Shown here: piece by piece, positions 23,832 through 24,302 of the stretch
Layout of the letters: each line of letters begins with the position of its first letter
How positions within the stretch are numbered: the stretch's first letter is position 1
NCBI GenBank assembly: GCA_041288045.1
Contig: JBGGMM010000025.1
Coordinates: forward strand, 1-24,302
DNA length: 24,302 nt
Direction of reading: 5' to 3'
DNA from: Pseudobdellovibrionaceae bacterium
GTDB taxonomy: Bacteria > Bdellovibrionota > Bdellovibrionia > Bdellovibrionales > Bdellovibrionaceae
The notes under the pieces: generated by a model
Databases searched by the model: none
The model's input: only the letters and a program-made list of their open reading frames with translations
Told to the model about the DNA's origin: nothing
Program-made: the position numbers and the translations under genes

Positions 23832-24302
23832 ATGAGACAAAAACGCAACTCCAATATTAAAAACATGAAATCATTCGGTGGTGAGCTTCTTAAGGGAAAA
23901 AGAAAAACGAAAAGGCCACTTTCTACGAAGCTGCCATTGCATCTCATTTTGAAAGCTTGTGAGAAATTAGTTTTTTCTCCTGGCAATCTTTCTTTGGAAA
24001 GACTCATTCACAATCAGGCTCAGAAATTTAATGTGAAAATTTATGAGCTTGCTGTTAATTGGAGCCACATCCATCTCATCATCAAGATTAAAGAGCGAGA
24101 GAACTACAATCAATTCATCAGATCTCTTTGCTCGATTCTGGCTGCAAAAGTCAGAGCACGAAAGCCTCATTTGAAAACTCTTTTTACCCTTCGCCCCTTT
24201 ACTCGTCTCATTTCGTGGGGTCGGGATTTCAAGTCGGTGGTGGAATACCTGATTCTCAATCAGATGGAAGCTCGAGGTTTGATTTCACGACCGAAAAGAA
24301 AG
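23832..24302 (+). CDS. Y1/HUH transposase (RAYT / IS200 TnpA-like), 3' end outside the window
   Basis: Own translation, absent from the ORF track because there is no stop: MRQKRNSNIKNMKSFGGELLKGKRKTKRPLSTKLPLHLILKA...KFNVKIYELAVNWSHIHLII...FTLRPFTRLISWGRDFKSVVEYLILNQMEARG. HUH motif HIH and catalytic-type YxxxN. Alternative start at ATG 23865. Confidence 0.85.
   Translation, partial: MRQKRNSNIKNMKSFGGELLKGKRKTKRPLSTKLPLHLILKACEKLVFSPGNLSLERLIHNQAQKFNVKIYELAVNWSHIHLIIKIKERENYNQFIRSLCSILAAKVRARKPHLKTLFTLRPFTRLISWGRDFKSVVEYLILNQMEARGLISRPKRK

Overview
Gene-dense bacterial chromosome segment. Gene content and protein style suggest a Bdellovibrionota (Bdellovibrio-like) genome; this is inference, not a database result. 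From left to right: a 5'-truncated PAS sensor kinase, a single-domain response regulator and a degenerate PilZ protein; rsmD-coaD-aspC; several hypothetical proteins; a ~1000-aa zinc-peptidase/beta-propeller/Omp85-type barrel protein divergent from pal-DUF4398-cpoB-tsaD-rsmA-smpB; an output-less HAMP membrane protein with a sigma28-like promoter; an 11-residue-repeat lipoprotein followed by chrA and an MFS transporter; uup, a pseudo-receiver/cNMP protein, a YihY protein and a PilZ protein on the minus strand; a DEAD-box helicase with an R/G/S-rich tail; a compositionally chimeric ~0.4-kb stretch; and, running off the right edge and missing from the ORF track, a Y1/HUH (RAYT/IS200-like) transposase. 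The most striking non-coding element is a perfect 59-bp palindrome with 28-bp arms at 6582-6640. I found no rRNA, tRNA, tmRNA or CRISPR array.
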